A DNA stretch of 63,685 bases, counting the filler, from Octopus bimaculoides (taxonomy: Eukaryota), in NCBI RefSeq assembly GCF_001194135.2. It is 6 parts of 6 records of this genome, joined end to end, with 100 filler letters (N's around TTAATTAATTAA, not from the genome) between each part and the next. Parts side by side here need not be neighbours in the genome. Positions count along the whole stretch, not along the records: positions 1 to 20,149 come from NC_068986.1; 5 more parts are not named here. One strand, 5' to 3'. Shown in pieces: positions 1 to 12,475 of this stretch. Position 1 is the stretch's first letter. The number at the start of each line of letters is the position of its first letter. The position numbers and the translations under genes were made by a program. The notes under the pieces were generated by a model, which was not told where the DNA came from, made no database searches, and was given only the letters and a program-made list of their open reading frames with translations.

Positions 1-163
1 CTCCGGCGAACGTGAAGCAGTTGAGGGTGAGGACGAGTTCTGCCAGACGAAGCAGGGTAGGGGTGCTAGGTGTGGGGTCAGGGCGGCGGTCAAGGAAGTA
101 TTGGAGGGCTGAGAGACCATCGTTGTGTGGAATCACGGTGTATAGGGATTTGATGTCCAGGGT
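1..163 (-). mobile_element. Penelope-like element reverse transcriptase fragment
   Basis: Minus frame gives TLDIKSLYTVIPHNDGLSALQYFLDRRPDPTPSTPTLLRLAELVLTLNCFTFAG, matching the PLE RT pattern D(I/V)xSLYTxIP...L..LVL..N.F.F; runs off the window edge. Confidence 0.85.
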
Positions 164-312
164 GTCGACGTTCTGCACGTTTCAAGTCTGAACGCTTGTC
201 ACGAATCTGCTTCAGCGTCTTGTCCGGAAGTAGGGGGGCCACAGCCACAGCGATCCTTTTGCACCCGGCCTCGAGCAACTCCTTTTCCTTCTCAAGGAGG
301 ATTGCCACTTCC
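164..312 (-). mobile_element. Myb-like domain fragment of an R2/NeSL-type (RLE) retrotransposon
   Basis: EEVAILLEKEKELLEAGCKRIAVAVAPLLPDKTLKQIRDKRSDLKR resembles the R2-type Myb-like motif (EE..LL...E.....I...LP.KT..QI..KR). Truncated by (TA)n. Confidence 0.45.
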
Positions 313-409
313 TCCTTTATATATATATACATATATATATACATATAGATACATGTGCATATCTTTATCTATATCTATCTAACTATCTATCTATAAACAT
401 AGATAGATA

Positions 410-607
410 TATTGCGTCACCATGATTGACCGCTAAATCAGTTTGCTTTCTTTTCTTTTTTATTTCATTCTCTCTCTGTTCCTTTCTGTTGGAGAGCGTA
501 GGCTCGAAACGTAAAAAGACTTACTCGCTTTCCCGAGCGTCAGACTATTACATCTGCTTGTTGTTTATACACCTGTCTTCGTCTTCTGTTTTTCTATAAA
601 TTTCACC
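410..607 (+). mobile_element. Penelope-type terminal repeat fragment with degenerate hammerhead-like motif
   Basis: TTGGAGA-GCGTAGGC-TC-GAAAC-GTA-AAAAG at 489-518, followed by a pyrimidine-rich tail. Confidence 0.45.
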
Positions 608-615
608 TATATATA

Positions 616-811
616 TACTCTTTTTTTTTACTTGTTTCAGTCTTTTGACTGTCGCCATGCTGGAGCACCGCCTTCTAGTCGAGCAAATCGACCCCAGGAC
701 TTATTCTTTTAGAAGCCTAGTACTTATTCTATCGATCTCTTTTGCCGAACCACTAAGTTACGGGGACATAAACACACCAGCATCGGTTGTCAAGCGATGT
801 TGGGGGGACAA

Positions 812-842
<31 letters not shown>

Positions 843-875
843 CATATATACGACGGGCTTCTTTCAGTTTCCCTC
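616..875 (-). mobile_element. tRNA-headed SINE family A, 3' module plus start of the head (cut by gap)
   Basis: Homologous to other copies in the window (2060-2250, 26505-26760, 59058-59232); conserved GGGGTCGATTTG.TCGAC...GCTCCAGCATGG..CAGTC...GAAACAAGTAAAA tail. Confidence 0.8.
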
Positions 876-1401
876 NNNNNNNNNNNNNNNNNNNNNNNNN
901 NNNNNNNNNNNNNNNNNNNNNNNNNNNNNNNNNNNNNNNNNNNNNNNNNNNNNNNNNNNNNNNNNNNNNNNNNNNNNNNNNNNNNNNNNNNNNNNNNNNN
1001 NNNNNNNNNNNNNNNNNNNNNNNNNNNNNNNNNNNNNNNNNNNNNNNNNNNNNNNNNNNNNNNNNNNNNNNNNNNNNNNNNNNNNNNNNNNNNNNNNNNN
1101 NNNNNNNNNNNNNNNNNNNNNNNNNNNNNNNNNNNNNNNNNNNNNNNNNNNNNNNNNNNNNNNNNNNNNNNNNNNNNNNNNNNNNNNNNNNNNNNNNNNN
1201 NNNNNNNNNNNNNNNNNNNNNNNNNNNNNNNNNNNNNNNNNNNNNNNNNNNNNNNNNNNNNNNNNNNNNNNNNNNNNNNNNNNNNNNNNNNNNNNNNNNN
1301 NNNNNNNNNNNNNNNNNNNNNNNATATTAGATATACATATCTATATGCATATATTATGTATATGTATATACATAATATAGAAAGAGAGAGGGAGAGAGGG
1401 G

Positions 1402-1437
<36 letters not shown>

Positions 1438-1438
1438 C

Positions 1439-1493
<55 letters not shown>

Positions 1494-1498
1494 CAGAC

Positions 1499-1533
<35 letters not shown>

Positions 1534-1764
1534 CATACAGTTGATTATTTCATATCACCGTTGAAGTCACAATTAAGTCAAACATAGTTGATGATATTTA
1601 GATAGAACGAGGAAATATTGCTTATTGATAGCAAATTTCACAGGCGTTAGCACTTGAAGTTAGTGTTTCTTGTTTTCGGTCTTGGATTTTCGAGAAATTC
1701 ATAGCAATGACTCGTTCGGTTTCATCTTTGAATAAATACTTATAAGTGTGTACACACACACGTG

Positions 1765-1795
<31 letters not shown>

Positions 1796-1801
1796 GTGTG
1801 T

Positions 1802-1862
<61 letters not shown>

Positions 1863-1866
1863 GTTT

Positions 1867-2250
1867 GCTTCCCAACGACACGGCCCTGGTTTCAGTCCCA
1901 CAACGTGGTAACCTGAGTGAGTGTCATCTGCTATAGCCTCGGGCCGACCAAATCGTTGTGAGTGGAATTGTTAGGTGGAAACTGAAAGAATCCTGTTGTA
2001 CACACATACACACATATGTATCTATGTGAGTATATCCTTGTGTTTGTGTGTGTTTGTGTTTGTATTCCATCACCGCTTGACAACCGTGTTAGTGTATTTA
2101 CGTCCCTGGAACATAGCAATACTTGAAAAATGATCGATATGTTAAGTACTAGCCTTAGGAAAATTCTTGGGGTCGATTTGTTCGACTAAGACCGTTCGAA
2201 AACCCAGCTTGGCCACAGCCAAACGATTGAAACAAGGAAAAGGTAAAAGA
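1867..2250 (+). mobile_element. SINE family A, nearly full copy (diverged)
   Basis: B-box-like GTTTCAGTCCC, then CTATAGCCTCGGGCCGACC..GGAAACTGAAAGAA, an internal CA/TG microsatellite and the family tail. Confidence 0.75.
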
Positions 2251-2290
2251 CACATAAACAAAGAGCGTCTGCACGCAAACACACACACAT

Positions 2291-2452
2291 GACCCGCTTC
2301 TACACTGTTCATGTCTGCCAAATTCACTCACAACGTGTTGGTTGGCCTTGGACTACAGCGGAAATCACTTGTTTAATGTACCACGCAGTAGAACTGAACC
2401 TGGGACTAAGCGGCTGCAAAGCAAACATCTTAACCACACAGCCATGCTTGCA
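2291..2452 (-). mobile_element. SINE family A head (tRNA-related), diverged
   Basis: Reverse complement has A-box-like TGGCTGTGTGG and B-box-like GGTTCAGTTC; homologous to 22471-22612. Confidence 0.65.
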
Positions 2453-3556
2453 CTAATATTCGCAGTTATATTCAAAGAAAAAAGAAAAAGAAAGAGAAAA
2501 TTCAGTCAGAAACGATTTTAACATTGTTAAAGTAGACGATAAAATCAAAATGTAACTGAAGAACAGAAGGGAGTGAAGCAAAAACGTTCGAATTTTGCGC
2601 TGTGATATGACTGGATACCGAGAGAATATTCTCTTCCTACGACTGCCTGGATTAACATGATAGACAGAAAGGACTAGCATGTTTCGGCTGCTCCTGATTT
2701 ATAATGAAATGACAAAGAAAAGATAATTCAATAGACAAAATATCGTAAAATATTAGAGTATAATGAAACTGTATGTGTTTAAATCAGTTTGGTTTTAAAT
2801 AACTCGGGCGCTGTCTTTTACCGAGATCTTGCCATTTATTTAGCAGGGTCCCACCATTTCATTCATTCTGGCCAACACAGCAGTCTGAGGATAATTTTTC
2901 TTATAACTTTCCCATCAACAGCTTGGTTCTGAAAAGGGTCATGGGCATTGTCCCTTCTTCAATGGGATGGTCATTAAACTTCTTCATATAGCATTTATAA
3001 TGTTTGTATTATATGGTTTTACATATTCCAGAAAATAATATGTAACATTTTATATGTGGTAGTACGTCTATTTCTACGTTATTTTATGTGCCTGACTGAA
3101 TATATGACAGGGTGTATGCGTGCATATCGTCTGTTGAGCGTACATCGCTATATTTATATTAACATTGTGTGAATGTGTGCGCTTGCTACTGAAATTTATC
3201 CTAACTAAAAATGGTGTCATGAGAGAAAGTCTATGACAATTGTATTTACATACAACTGTAACATTGCCAATCATATCTTGAACCATAAATGTATATGACC
3301 TACATTGCTCGTTGATTCTTTTGTACATGCGTACTTTGTTTATTATTCTCTCGTGAAAGAATCATGAGTGGGCATTTAGAATTGGAAAACAAAACAAAAT
3401 ACTGGCTCAAGACAGATTATTATGTTCAATTTACAGTAATGTTGTTGTCTTTAAACTTGAGTCGGACATTATCAGTAAGTATTTCTGCTGATATGCGGAA
3501 AATATACAGTATATACATATATATATACTCAAATATAAATGTATATGAAGGTATGT

Positions 3557-3607
<51 letters not shown>

Positions 3608-4490
3608 NNNNNNNNNNNNNNNNNNNNNNNNNNNNNNNNNNNNNNNNNNNNNNNNNNNNNNNNNNNNNNNNNNNNNNNNNNNNNNNNNNNNNNNNNNNNN
3701 NNNNNNNNNNNNNNNNNNNNNNNNNNNNNNNNNNNNNNNNNNNNNNNNNNNNNNNNNNNNNNNNNNNNNNNNNNNNNNNNNNNNNNNNNNNNNNNNNNNN
3801 NNNNNNNNNNNNNNNNNNNNNNNNNNNNNNNNNNNNNNNNNNNNNNNNNNNNNNNNNNNNNNNNNNNNNNNNNNNNNNNNNNNNNNNNNNNNNNNNNNNN
3901 NNNNNNNNNNNNNNNNNNNNNNNNNNNNNNNNNNNNNNNNNNNNNNNNNNNNNNNNNNNNNNNNNNNNNNNNNNNNNNNNNNNNNNNNNNNNNNNNNNNN
4001 NNNNNNNNNNNNNNNNNNNNNNNNNNNNNNNNNNNNNNNNNNNNNNNNNNNNNNNNNNNNNNNNNNNNNNNNNNNNNNNNNNNNNNNNNNNNNNNNNNNN
4101 NNNNNNNNNNNNNNNNNNNNNNNNNNNNNNNNNNNNNNNNNNNNNNNNNNNNNNNNNNNNNNNNNNNNNNNNNNNNNNNNNNNNNNNNNNNNNNNNNNNN
4201 NNNNNNNNNNNNNNNNNNNNNNNNNNNNNNNNNNNNNNNNNNNNNNNNNNNNNNNNNNNNNNNNNNNNNNNNNNNNNNNNNNNNNNNNAAAGGAAGATGC
4301 TGTTGTTTTGAACGTTAATTTTACATATTTGCTGAAGGAAGTATAAATTAATTTGACATTACAATATATTTTTTAACTTTGCAACGTAGAATAAATACAG
4401 ACTGATGCAGTAAAAAAGAAGTTGTGCGACGTTGGTACTCACAGTGATGAAGAAGTATAGGGGAAACACAAGGACTGTGAAAAAAATTAT

Positions 4491-4888
4491 CTTGAAACAA
4501 GTTAGAAGGAGTGGAATAACATTTCTGTAATTATAAAGTGCTGCTGAGGCTTTCTACTTCGCCAAGTTTCCGAATTTGTTATAATAACCAGAATAACATT
4601 TATTTTTTCAGATATATTTGCGAGTATTATGAGTGGTGTTAAATCAGCCAAATCTTCATGTTGGTATCACTTCAAGGTGAACGCTGTTGTTCGTTTAACG
4701 TCCAAGCCGCAACTAAACTTTAAATATCGGCGCATTTCACTGTTAAGCGGGGGAAGATAAGTTACATACCTAAACTCACATATATTAATACACATATATA
4801 AGACACACACATATATAAGACACACACATATATAAGACACACACATATATTAACACACACCTGAAGCCTATCTCTGTCCCCGTGTGTG
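4491..4888. repeat. Unclassified interspersed repeat, copy 1 (paralogous to 17019-17361)
   Basis: Collinear blocks shared with 17019-17361, e.g. CTGCTGAGGCTTTCTACT, TTTCCGAATTTGTTATAA, CCAAATCTTCATGTTGGTA, ACCTGAAGCCTATCT. Contains an internal 17-bp tandem (AGACACACACATATATA) at about 4801-4851. Confidence 0.8.
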
Positions 4889-6171
4889 CGTTTGTCTCCG
4901 CCTTTAGATATGTGTGTATGTGCCAGTGGTCACAAAGATGAAATAGGTGTAAGAAACTACTCTATTTTCTGTGTTCTACGTTATATATTCTAATAATTGC
5001 TGGTATTATTATATATGTATAGCATAATATGTTATACATGTATGTATATTGTTATAATTGTTTTTCAAAAAAATAAATAATTAGACATAATATAATGTCT
5101 AAAAGTTGATGCATACCACTTCTTGATACCCTCCATTTTCTTATTGCCATATGAATTAAGGGTAAGACAACTATTTACCCTCACCCAATTATTACATTCG
5201 GTAGTGTAATTCTTGTGCATTAGTAACTGGGTAATCTACCAGAAGTAAATTGGATAGATATTATCCCTTAGTTGGTTGGATTCACCTCTAACTTTCTTGG
5301 AATTGTATATATATATATATATATNNNNNNNNNNNNNNNNNNNNNNNNNNNNNNNNNNNNNNNNNNNNNNNNNNNNNNNNNNNNNNNNNNNNNNNNNNNN
5401 NNNNNNNNNNNNNNNNNNNNNNNNNNNNNNNNNNNNNNNNNNNNNNNNNNNNNNNNNNNNNNNNNNNNNNNNNNNNNNNNNNNNNNNNNNNNNNNNNNNN
5501 NNNNNNNNNNNNNNNNNNNNNNNNNNNNNNNNNNNNNNNNNNNNNNNNNNNNNNNNNNNNNNNNNNNNNNNNNNNNNNNNNNNNNNNNNNNNNNNNNNNN
5601 NNNNNNNNNNNNNNNNNNNNNNNNNNNNNNNNNNNNNNNNNNNNNNNNNNNNNNNNNNNNNNNNNNNNNNNNNNNNNNNNNNNNNNNNNNNNNNNNNNNN
5701 NNNNNNNNNNNNNNNNNNNNNNNNNNNNNNNNNNNNNNNNNNNNNNNNNNNNNNNNNNNNNNNNNNNNNNNNNNNNNNNNNNNNNNNNNNNNNNNNNNNN
5801 NNNNNNNNNNNNNNNNNNNNNNNNNNNNNNNNNNNNNNNNNNNNNNNNNNNNNNNNNNNNNNNNNNNNNNNNNNNNNNNNNNNNNNNNNNNNNNNNNNNN
5901 NNNNNNNNNNNNNNNNNNNNNNNNNNNNNNNNNNNNNNNNNNNNNNNNNNNNNNNNNNNNNNNNNNNNNNNNNNNNNNNNNNNNNNNNNNNNNNNNNNNN
6001 NNNNNNNNNNNNNNNNNNNNNNNNNNNNNNNNNNNNNNNNNNNNNNNNNNNNNNNNNNNNNNNNNNNNNNNNNNNNNNNNNNNNNNNNNNNNNNNNNNNN
6101 NNNNNNNNNNNNNNNNNNNNNNNNNNNNNNNNNNNNNNNNNNNNNNNATATATATTTATATATCTTATTAT

Positions 6172-6216
<45 letters not shown>

Positions 6217-6325
6217 AAGAGAGAGACGTACATATACATACGCGCGTGCACATATATGTATATATATATATGTATGTATACGTATATATGTATATATGCA
6301 TACGTATATATATTTGTATTTATGC

Positions 6326-6358
<33 letters not shown>

Positions 6359-7689
6359 AGTATATATATATATATATATACACAAAAATACATGCATACA
6401 TACATGCGTGTAGTTATGTGTATATGAGGTGTGCGTATACGTGTGTGGTGTGTGTGCCTGTGTGTCTCTGTGTTTGTGTGTTTGTGTGTGCGTGTTATAT
6501 TTCTCATTTTCATGCAATTATTTTCCAAGATTGCGCTGCCACACTTGATGCTTAGTAAATAATGACGAGCTGATACAATGTAACCTCTGATATAACATTT
6601 CTATCTCCTTGTTTTCGTTTGATGCAGATACGTTTTATATCACTACTGTTGTAAAAGTTTTTCGTTGTTTTCATTAACCTCTGGGTTTTTATATGTATGA
6701 CTCCGATCTTATCTAGCTTGAAATCAATAGCCAAAATATTGGTATTAATACTGGACCAGCAATCACATTGTGACTTATTGATTTATTGTACGCAAAGAGC
6801 TTCGATTGTCATATTATTTTCGCACTGTTTTAGTATTCTCTGATTACAAGCTATTTCTTACAAACACTACTATATCATATACTCTCGTAAATCCCAAGTT
6901 ACTAGTATCATTCATCACCAGATCACCAGACATTAGGGAGATAGACAATTGATAGACACACCGTCACACTGATTTGTTTCTTGTTCTTGTTCTGCAGTTA
7001 GAGATGAACGACTCTCTTGGCCAAAAACCTTTTCACATTCTCGAAGATAATATAGTAGCCACATACTATATTTTTTCATACGTGTTTCCCTACAATGCAT
7101 TTTCAAGCCATCAACGCACAATTTTATTTAGACAGCTTATTTCTTTTTTACTTCCCTCCCAGCGACTGTCAAACTCCCTCAGCATAGGTGATACCGGCGT
7201 CACTTTATTTCCAAATATTTTTCTCGGTTGTGAAATGTCAGTAATAACGAAAGTAACTATTCACACATTTGTTGGAAACATTCATGAAACTTTCTCAACA
7301 AATTATTAGATATCATACGAGAATTTTATAACCCAGGGAATAGGTATATCTAAGCTTTGTCCTTCTATCGCTACGCCAACTGATACGTCAAATAGACTAC
7401 TCATGCTTTAAGGAGCTCGTTATGGGACGCTTCTCATAAAACGTTAATCATGTTTTAATCTAGCTGTTTTGTACAGGCTGTGGACTTACAATTGATGCGG
7501 CCGATACAGCTCAAAAAAAAATATATAAGGTATTCAACTTTAAGATTCATTGAAAATTCAAGATACAGAAAATTTCTGGACTTGTATCGTACAAAATGAT
7601 TCAATATAAACTACATTTAATAATATCCTCGCCGTGACTGCGGAATAAAAAAACAGACGTGTTTCGCGGTTGTAGCTGATAAATACTAG

Positions 7690-8040
7690 ACTTTCTGGCA
7701 AATACACTCTTTCAGCTCGTCCTTAATGCTACAGGCAGTGGTTGTTGGCGACTTTCGACAGCGATCAACTAAAAATAGACCAGAAGTTTGCAGAGGTATG
7801 TCATATGTCAAGGATCACATGTTCGTAAAAGTTGCTTGAGATCTTCCTAGCCGTGTGTGCGGCTACAGAAACTTGTTGGAACACTCCAGGGCTTCACTAC
7901 AGTCTCGAGAAACCCCTGGTATACATCCTGGTTCACCTTCCGGTTTGAATTAAAGATGTTAGGTGCCGTGATATGCCCCTCACTACTCATCAAGCAGTTA
8001 TTTGTGCCGACGCAGACTGTATGCATCACCAACTTCATTT
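7690..8040 (-). mobile_element. Decayed Tc1/mariner-superfamily transposase catalytic region (maT/DD37D-like)
   Basis: SSEGHITAPNIF...KVNQDVYQGFLETVVKPW, then after frameshifts QQ...AAHTARK...NFYEHV and SIKDELKECI, collinear with the DDD domain. Confidence 0.65.
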
Positions 8041-8297
8041 TCTATGCCTTAGACCACGTGTATTCTTATAATCTGTCTGGTTTCGCCATTTTTCTGAAGT
8101 CAAGCACAATCTGAAAAGGAAATGAATACTAGTTTACATCATAAGGCAGGAACTAATATCTCTGTTGTACTTTAACGTGCAAGTAGGATAGTGTTATTAA
8201 AGCGTCTGGAACGCATAGTCTTGTGTAGCTTTGCTTTAAGCAGATCTTTTTTTTTTTCTAGATAAATGCCTTCCATCTTAAACTTATTCTCCTCGAA

Positions 8298-8510
8298 ATG
8301 GTCGTCAGTTGCATTGACTGGACAAGTGGTGTGAACAACTACGAAGAGATATTAACACACCTCCTATTCGCCGATGACGCCGTATACATCACTGAAACTA
8401 CAGGTCAGCTGCAGACCATGCTGACAGAGCTGGACACACATAGCTCAACAGTAAGCCTTAAGATAAACCGCACGAAAACAAAATACATGCGAACGGAAAA
8501 TAAAATAACA
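8298..8510 (+). mobile_element. RTE-1-like LINE reverse transcriptase fragment
   Basis: GVNNYEEILTHLLFADDAVYITETTGQLQTMLTELDTHSSTVSLKINRTKTKYM (FADD catalytic motif, LKIN..KTK). Confidence 0.85.
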
Positions 8511-8619
8511 TTTGTCTAGATATAACGTTTCTCGTTTTGGACCAAAAGTTTTAACAATATTCAGCGTTTAGAAATAATTACATACTCACACCCCAAAATT
8601 TCATATTGATTTTAAATTT

Positions 8620-8778
8620 TTGCACAAGGGCATCAAGTTTCGGAGAGTGGATAAGTCCATTACATATACCCCAGTGCTCAACAGATTCTTATTTTATCGA
8701 TTTCGAATTCAGAACGTAAATACGGACGTATTGCTGCTAAGCATTTTGCCTGGCGTGCTAACGATCCTGCCACCTCAC
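8620..8778 (-). mobile_element. tRNA-headed SINE family B, diverged copy
   Basis: Reverse complement begins GTGAGGTGGCAGGATCGTTAGCACGCC...GCTTAGC..., homologous to 30695-30872. Confidence 0.65.
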
Positions 8779-9108
8779 TAGATTCTTCCAAAACAATTTG
8801 ATATTAATCATGATAAATAATTAGTTATACTTGGAGATTTATTATGATATTGGTTTCAAATTTTGGCACACGGTCAACAATTTTAAGGGACGGCTATAAC
8901 GTCCATCAGTTTTAGGGATGGGCTACAAAGTCGACTACATCGTCCATAGTACTCTGCTGATAAATATTTTACCAGCCCCAGAAGAATGAAAGGTAAATTC
9001 GAATTCGGCGAAAATTGAACTGAGATCATAAAGGGCCGGTATACCGCAAAGATTTTTGATTGGCGCGGCACCGATTACGCCAAAATTACACTTTGGCTAA
9101 TCTACAAC

Positions 9109-9315
9109 ATTCTTTACTACTACAGGCAGAAATTCTGGGGCAGAAAGTTAGTCGATTACGTCGACTCCTTAACTCATCTGATACTTATTTAATTGCCCTC
9201 AAAAGGATGAAGTGCAAAGTTGATTTCAGCTAAATTTGAACTCAGAATGTAAAAAACCGGAAGAAATACCGCTAAATATTTTTTCTCGTGCGGTATAGAG
9301 GCCACCAACTCTCCG
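9109..9315 (-). mobile_element. SINE family B, diverged copy
   Basis: Shares TTTGAACTCAGAATGT, AAAGGATGAA and GTCGATTACGTCGAC blocks with the other family B copies. Confidence 0.6.
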
Positions 9316-9884
9316 AAACAAAGGCAGGAAAAGCAGCTTATAAAAGTTATTCATGGACGGATTTGATCTTCGAAACTAAAGATACCGAGTTAATAACTAC
9401 ATAAAACGACGCTTTAACAACCGCACCATTTCGATACTTGGCAAGCAGGAGAACGTCAAAATTATTCTTTTGAGCTACTGGATAGTAGCATGAAGCCCAT
9501 AACCTCACATTGTCTTTTCTGGTTAGAAATCTATTTTTGATAGGGAGTGTAATCAAAAACTCATAATTACTTAACGTAATACCACAGTGCCTCCTATTTT
9601 TTTCCCCACATTTAATATCAATTCCAATATTAATGACATTGTCATATATTTCTTTTATTTAATCTCTCCCAGAACTAATATTTCTAACATTTTTTCTCCT
9701 TCTCAATTCTGTTTTCTTTTTTTTTTTCCTACATTGGTGGATTCACTGCGACAATTTTTATCCGTTCTTACCTATCCTCTCTTCTTTACTTATTTTTTCC
9801 GTCTTTCAATCATTCTCTCATTTCTGTGAGATTTTTTTTCATTTTCCACATTATCAGATCATCCAGTATCTGTCTGTCTGTCTA

Positions 9885-9983
<99 letters not shown>

Positions 9984-10714
9984 NNNNNNNNNNNNNNNNN
10001 NNNNNNNNNNNNNNNNNNNNNNNNNNNNNNNNNNNNNNNNNNNNNNNNNNNNNNNNNNNNNNNNNNNNNNNNNNNNNNNNNNNNNNNNNNNNNNNNNNNN
10101 NNNNNNNNNNNNNNNNNNNNNNNNNNNNNNNNNNNNNNNNNNNNNNNNNNNNNNNNNNNNNNNNNNNNNNNNNNNNNNNNNNNNNNNNNNNNNNNNNNNN
10201 NNNNNNNNNNNNNNNNNNNNNNNNNNNNNNNNNNNNNNNNNNNNNNNNNNNNNNNNNNNNNNNNNNNNNNNNNNNNNNNNNNNNNNNNNNNNNNNNNNNN
10301 NNNNNNNNNNNNNNNNNNNNNNNNNNNNNNNNNNNNNNNNNNNNNNNNNNNNNNNNNNNNNNNNNNNNNNNNNNNNNNNNNNNNNNNNNNNNNNNNNNNN
10401 NNNNNNNNNNNNNNNNNNNNNNNNNNNNNNNNNNNNNNNNNNNNNNNNNNNNNNNNNNNNNNNNNNNNNNNNNNNNNNNNNNNNNNNNNNNNNNNNNNNN
10501 NNNNNNNNNNNNNNNNNNNNNNNNNNNNNNNNNNNNNNNNNNNNNNNNNNNNNNNNNNNNNTATAACACGCTCGTTGTCCTGTTAGTCTGTCTATCCATC
10601 CGTCGTCTATTTTTTTTTTTACTTCATTCATTATTCTCAATCATAATTATATTTTTTTGTACGTCGCATTTTTCCTCTTCATGTTTACGTTCTTTTTTAC
10701 ATCATGTTTTTATC

Positions 10715-10717
10715 GCC

Positions 10718-10772
<55 letters not shown>

Positions 10773-11035
10773 ACATCAATTTCGTCGTCGGCTACGGCGT
10801 CGTCGTTCACGTCATCATCACCATCGATATATTCATCATCGTCTTCGTTCTCATCGTAATCGTCATTAGCATTGCGGTTCCGGTGCTGGTGATGGTGGTA
10901 ATGATGATGGTGGTGATGGTGGTGATGGTGGTGGTTATCTCGTTGGTTGTTGTCGCGATGGTGTTGCTCATCACCGTCGTACATCATCATAATCATCATC
11001 ATCATCGTCATCATCGTCGTCGTTGATATTGCCGT
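10715..11035. repeat. Trinucleotide patchwork (CAC/CAT/CGT then GAT/GGT then CAT)
   Basis: Directly visible; explains the poly-H, poly-D and poly-M ORFs. Confidence 0.9.
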
Positions 11036-11487
11036 AGTTATTAGTTCGATCGTCTCTTTTACTTTCATTATGTATCAGGTTTGTCTTTTATAATGTATTT
11101 TTTCTCCATGCATGTCTTTAGTTAAAGCAATCTCACAAAACCATGTTCATTCCACACACACACACACAAACTCATACACTACACAAGCATACACTCACAC
11201 GCTCTCTCCCTGTGTGTATGTGTGACTCTCTCTCTCTCTCTCTGTTTCTGTGTGTGTGTGTGTGTGTGTGTTTGTGTGTGTGCCGCGCTCACTGTCACCA
11301 CTCCCACATTGCTGTCACTACTGCCGTATAATTATATGCATATTTTTCTCTCATTCTCTCCTCTCTCCCCTCTATCGTTCTGACCTCCACCACCACCACC
11401 ATATATTTACACGAACCTTTATATTTGTACTCCTCCCATCACCCTCGCATAACTTACGTAAAAAGAAACTCTAGACCAATCTTACTC

Positions 11488-11805
11488 ATCATCATCATCT
11501 TCTTATTATTATTATTCTTTTTCTTCTTTTTCTTCTTCTTCTTCTTCTTCTTCTTCGTCTTCGTCTTCTACTTCTTCTTCTTTTTCTTCTTCTTCTTCTT
11601 CTTCTTCTTCTTCTTCTTCTTCTTCTTCTTTTTCTTTTTCTTTTTTTCTTCTTCGTCTTCAACTTCTTCTTCTTCTTCTTCTTCTACTCCTTTTTCTTCT
11701 TCTTCTTCTTCTTCTTCTTCTTCTTCTTCTTCTTCTTCTTCTTCTTCTTCTTCGTCTTCTCCTCCTCCTCCTCCTCCTCCTCCTCCTATTCCTCCTCCTC
11801 CGCCT
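11488..11805. repeat. (TTC)n then (CCT)n polypyrimidine microsatellite
   Basis: About 300 bp of almost pure C/T on the plus strand. Confidence 0.95.
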
Positions 11806-11982
11806 TCATTTCCCGTTTCTCTCGTTCTTTCTCATCTCCCCACCCTTTTGCCATTTATCCGAGCTTCGGCTTTAATTTTCCTCTTGAAACCTTTCTTGAT
11901 GCCCTTCACGAATCACATCATTCTTATTTCTACTAGTTTCTATTTCTAACACTTTTTCTCTTCCCCGTGTCTCTCACAACCC

Positions 11983-12037
<55 letters not shown>

Positions 12038-12475
12038 GTCTGTTTGTCTGTCTGTCTGTCTTTCGCGTACCTTCGAAAATGTACGTTACTTTGTCATACT
12101 TTCACTTTCACTATCACGTTTCCTCTCTTCTTTGTTATTCTCTAATCCTTCTCATTTTCCTCCCATCTATTTACATTCTTTCATCACGCACGTGCTCTTG
12201 ATCTCTTCATTTCTATTTTTCTTCATCTTTGTATCTCTCCATCTAAATCTCCACTGTAATCTCCCTCCTACTACGTCAACATCATTCACCATTTTACTTG
12301 ACTATTCCTTCCTGAGAATCCCTCTCCTTCCCGCTCACATACCTATACGTTTCATTTCTCTTTTCGCATTCTCCCAGAGTCTTCATTGAAACAACGATTT
12401 CTCCTTTCTTTTGTCTTTCTTCTCTGTTTCTTTCTGTCCCGCTCTCCTTGTGCATAAATAAATTTGCATTTTATT

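Noticed and set aside
5230-5300. GGTGAATCC.. on minus as the missing CAT exon 7 (GEE.KNP)
   Set aside because: No frame yields the CAT sequence, stops follow immediately, and it lies in a different scaffold block.
7655-7730. CTGAAAGAG...CGCGAAACACGTC on minus as a hammerhead
   Set aside because: No stem I or stem II pairing; it overlaps the decayed Tc1/mariner remnant.
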